Below are positions 60,601-64,000 of a stretch of 64,000 nucleotides of DNA, piece after piece. Position 1 is the first letter of the stretch. Every line of letters starts with the position of its first letter. Source of the stretch: the human T2T-CHM13v2.0 reference genome, Homo sapiens. The notes below the pieces were generated by a model. The model saw nothing but the letters and a program-made list of their open reading frames with translations. It searched no databases and was not told the DNA's origin. The DNA is taken from NCBI RefSeq assembly GCF_009914755.1, contig NC_060945.1, one strand, 5' to 3'. The position numbers and the translations under genes were made by a program.

Positions 60601-63600
60601 TACATATAATATCAATGTACCCCAAATATATATTTTATACTCTACATGAAATATCAAAGTTCACAAACCATAAATTATATACTGTACAAAAAATGTCAAA
60701 GTACCCAAGGTATATATTCTATACTGTACAAATAATATCAAAGTACCAAAAGCATGTATTATATACTGTACATAAAATATGAAAGTACATCAAATATATA
60801 TTTTATTCTGTACATAAAATATCAAAGTACACCAGATATATATTCTATAGTGTACATAAAATATCAAAGTACCCAAACTATACATTATATACTGTACGTA
60901 AAATATGAAATTACATCAAATATATATTATATTAGGTACATAAAATATGAAAGTACATCAAATATAGATTATATACTGTACATTAAATACCAAAGTACCA
61001 AAAATATATATTATATACTCTACATGAAATATCAAAGTTCACAAACTATATATTGTATACTGTACATAAAATATCAAAGTACCCAAGGTATATATTCTAT
61101 ATTGTACAAAAAATATCAAAGTACCCAAAGCATGTATTATATACTATATATAAAATATGAAAGTACATCAAATATATATTTTATTCTGTACATAAAATAT
61201 CAAAGTACACCAGATATATATTCTATAGTGTACATAAAATATCAAAGTACCCAAACTATACATTATATACTGTACATAAAATATGAAATTACATCAAATA
61301 TATTTTATATTAGGTACATAATATATGAAAGTACATCAAATATAGATTGTATACTGTACATTAAATACCAAAGTACCCCAAATATATATTTTATACTGTA
61401 CATGAAATATCAAAGTTCACAAACTATATATTATATACTGTACATAAAATATCAAAGTACCCAAGGTATATATTCTATACTGTACAAAAAATATCAAAGT
61501 ACCCAAAGCATGTATTATATACTGTATATAAAATATGAAAGTACATCAAATATATATTTTATTCTGTACATAAAATATCAAAGTACACCAGATATATATT
61601 CTATAGTGTACATAAAATATCAAAGTACCCAAACTATACATTATATATTGTACATAAAATATGAAATTACATCAAATATGTATTATATTAGGTACATAAA
61701 ATATGAAAGTACATCAAATATAGATTATATACTGTACATAAAATATCAAAGTACCCCAAATATATATTATATACTGTACATGAAATATCAAAGTTCACAA
61801 CTATATATTATATACTATACATAAAATATCAAAGTACCCAAGGTATATATTCTATACTGTACAAAAAATATCAAAGTACCCAAAGCATGTATTATATACT
61901 GTACATAAAATATGAAATTACATCAAATATATATTATATTAGGTACATAAAATATGAAAGTACATCAAATATAGATTATATACTGTACATAAAATATCAA
62001 AGTACCCCAAATATATATTATATACTGTACATGAAATATCAAAGTTCACATCTATATATTACATACTGTACATAAAATATCAAAGTACCCAATTTATATA
62101 TTCTATACTGTACAAAAAATATCAAAGTACCCAAAGCACGTATTATATACTGTACATAAAATATGAAAGTACATCAAATATATATTTTATTCTGTACATA
62201 AAATATCAAAGTACAGAAGGTATATATTCTATAGTGTATATAAAATATCAAAGTACCCAAACTATACATTATATACTGTACATAAAATATGAAATTACAT
62301 CAAATATGTATTATATTAGGTACATAAAATATGAAAGTACATGAAATATAGATTATATACTGTACATAAAATATCAAAGTACCCCAAATATATATTATAT
62401 ACTCTACATGAAATATCAAAGTTCACAAACTATATATTATATACTGTACATAAAATATCAAAGTACCCAAGGTATATATTCTATAGTGTACAAAAAATAT
62501 CAAAGTACCCAAAGCATGTATTATATACTGTACATAAAATATAAAATTACATCAAATATATATTTTATTCTGTACATAAAATATCAAAGTACACCAGATA
62601 CATATACTATAGTGTACATAAAATATCAAAGTACCCAAACTATACATTATACACTGTACATAAAATATGAAATTACATCAAATATATATTAGGTACATAA
62701 AATATGAAAGTACATCAAATATAGATTATATACTGTACATATAATATCAATGTACCCCAAATATATATTTTATACTCTACATGAAATATCAAAGTTCACA
62801 AACCATATATTATATACTGTACATAAAATATCAAAGTACCCAAGGTATATATTCTATACTGTACAAAACATATCAAAGTACCCAAAGCATGTATTATATA
62901 CTGTACATAAAATATGAAACTAAATCAAATATATATTTTATTCTGTACATAAAATATCAAAGTACACCAGATATATATTCTATAGTGTACATAAAATATC
63001 AAAGTACCCAAACTATACATTATATACTGTACATAAAATATGAAATTACATCAAATATATTTTATATTAGGTACATAAAATATGAAAGTACATCAAATAT
63101 AGATTATATACTGTACATTAAATACCAAAGTACCCCAAATATATATTTTATACTGTACATGAAATATCAAAGTTCACAAACCATATATTATATACTGAAC
63201 ATAAAATATCAAAGTACCCAAGGTATATTTTCTATACTGTACAAAAAATATCAAAGTACCCAAAACATGTATTATATACTGTACATAAAATATGAAAGTA
63301 CATCAATTATATATTTTATTCTGTACATAAAATATCAAAGTACACCAGGTATATATTCTATAGTGTACATAAAATAACAAAGTACCCAAACTATACATTA
63401 TATACTGTACATAAAATATGAAATTACATCAAATATATATTATATTAGGTACATAAAATATGAAAGTACATCAAATATAGATTATATACTGTACATTAAA
63501 TACCAAAGTACCCCAAATATATATTTTATACTGTACATGAAATATCAAAGTTCACAAACCATATATTATATACTGTACATAAAATATCAAAGTACCCAAG

Positions 63601-64000
63601 GTATATATTCTATACTGTACAAAAAATATCAAAGTACCCAATGCATGTATTATATACTGTACATAAAATATGAAAGTATATCAAATATATATTTTATTCT
63701 GTACATAAAATACCAAAGTACACCAGATATATATTCTATAGTGTACATAAAATAACAAAGTACACAAACTATAAATTATATACTGTACATAAAATATGAA
63801 ATTACATCAAATATATATTAGGTACATAAAATATGAAAGTACATCAAATATAGATTATACACTGTACATAAAATATCAATGTACCCCAAATATATATTTT
63901 ATACTCTACATGAAATATCAAAGTTCACAAACTATATATTATATACTGTACATAAAATATCAAAGTACCCAAGGTATATATTCTATACTGTACAAAAAAT

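Larger units (their letters stand above)
1..64000 (+). repeat. Satellite 1A (HSat1A / SAR) tandem array, 42-bp monomer, one orientation throughout
   Basis: Seen: a continuous 42-bp period (14-aa period in the ORF track) made of a 17-bp ACATAAAATAT(C/G)AAAGT part and a 25-bp ACCCAAACTATATATTATATACTGT-like part separated by GTAC. The + strand is A-rich and G-poor, with no unique sequence. Known: this 17+25 bp RsaI structure and 9-mer organisation is that of classical human satellite I (HSat1A), found in pericentromeric and acrocentric heterochromatin. Confidence 0.96.
37500..64000 (+). repeat. Right flank domain: mixed 378/373-bp units including a 4.1-4.5 kb super-repeat family
   Basis: Short m9 returns at about 37800. 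The 3-bp-deletion marker aaataaagtccccaagg recurs at about 39822, 40575, 41323 (variant), 43955, 48468, 52225 and 56361. Confidence 0.85.

Noticed and set aside
101-63755. Numerous Y/I/K-rich ORFs up to 454 aa (e.g. 20545-21909, 42661-43959, 47288-48472)
   Set aside because: 42 bp equals 14 codons, and one + frame of the consensus happens to lack stops. ORFs begin and end at random substitutions and indels, stops are near-fixed in the central subfamily, and there is no domain or gene structure. They are not called as CDS.
1-64000. CRISPR-like alternation of a conserved ~20-bp segment with variable ~20-bp segments
   Set aside because: The variable parts are homologous to each other and recur every nine monomers. 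There are no unique spacers, leader or cas genes.
1-64000. TATA-box-like (TATATA/TATAAA) and p53 half-site-like (AAGCATGTAT) motifs
   Set aside because: They are expected from composition and repetition. The p53-like match is an imperfect single half-site, and there is no promoter context.
1-64000. Short palindromes (TGTACA, TATATATTATATA) as hairpins or cruciforms
   Set aside because: Arms are only about 6 bp of A/T-rich sequence, and no long inverted repeat was found.
1-64000. Assignment to a specific chromosome or to alpha satellite / CENP-B boxes
   Set aside because: There is no 171-bp period or CENP-B box. HSat1A occurs on several chromosomes, and locus assignment needs an alignment I cannot run.

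Overview
The whole 64 kb window is one uninterrupted, single-orientation array of an extremely AT-rich 42-bp tandem satellite. The consensus is about ACATAAAATAT(C/G)AAAGT-ACCCAAACTATATATTATATACTGT, a 17+25 bp GTAC-delimited pair that matches classical human/primate Satellite 1A (HSat1A, RepBase SAR). Monomers form a 9-mer higher-order repeat (HOR) of 378 bp, plus a 373-bp variant with a 5-bp deletion. I see no genes, RNA genes, transposon insertions or inversions. All ORFs are artefacts of a 14-codon period with one stop-poor frame. Internally the array is layered: (i) 378/373 mixed flanks (1-18.5 kb, 21.3-23.9 kb, 37.5-64 kb) that share multi-kb blocks 44-54 kb apart and contain a 4.1-4.5 kb super-repeat family; (ii) a more diverged block at about 18.5-21.2 kb; (iii) a distinct central subfamily at about 23.9-34.7 kb built from 23-mer (966 bp) and 32-mer (1344 bp) HORs with a near-fixed CpG/TACGTA; (iv) a transition zone to about 37.5 kb. 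The most provocative functional signal is that the + strand, but not the - strand, carries the PUMILIO element UGUANAUA at most monomer junctions (4-6 per 378 bp). Any role for this is a hypothesis. The chromosome of origin cannot be determined from the sequence alone. Offsets were derived by hand from the ORF track and diagnostic variants, and domain boundaries are approximate.
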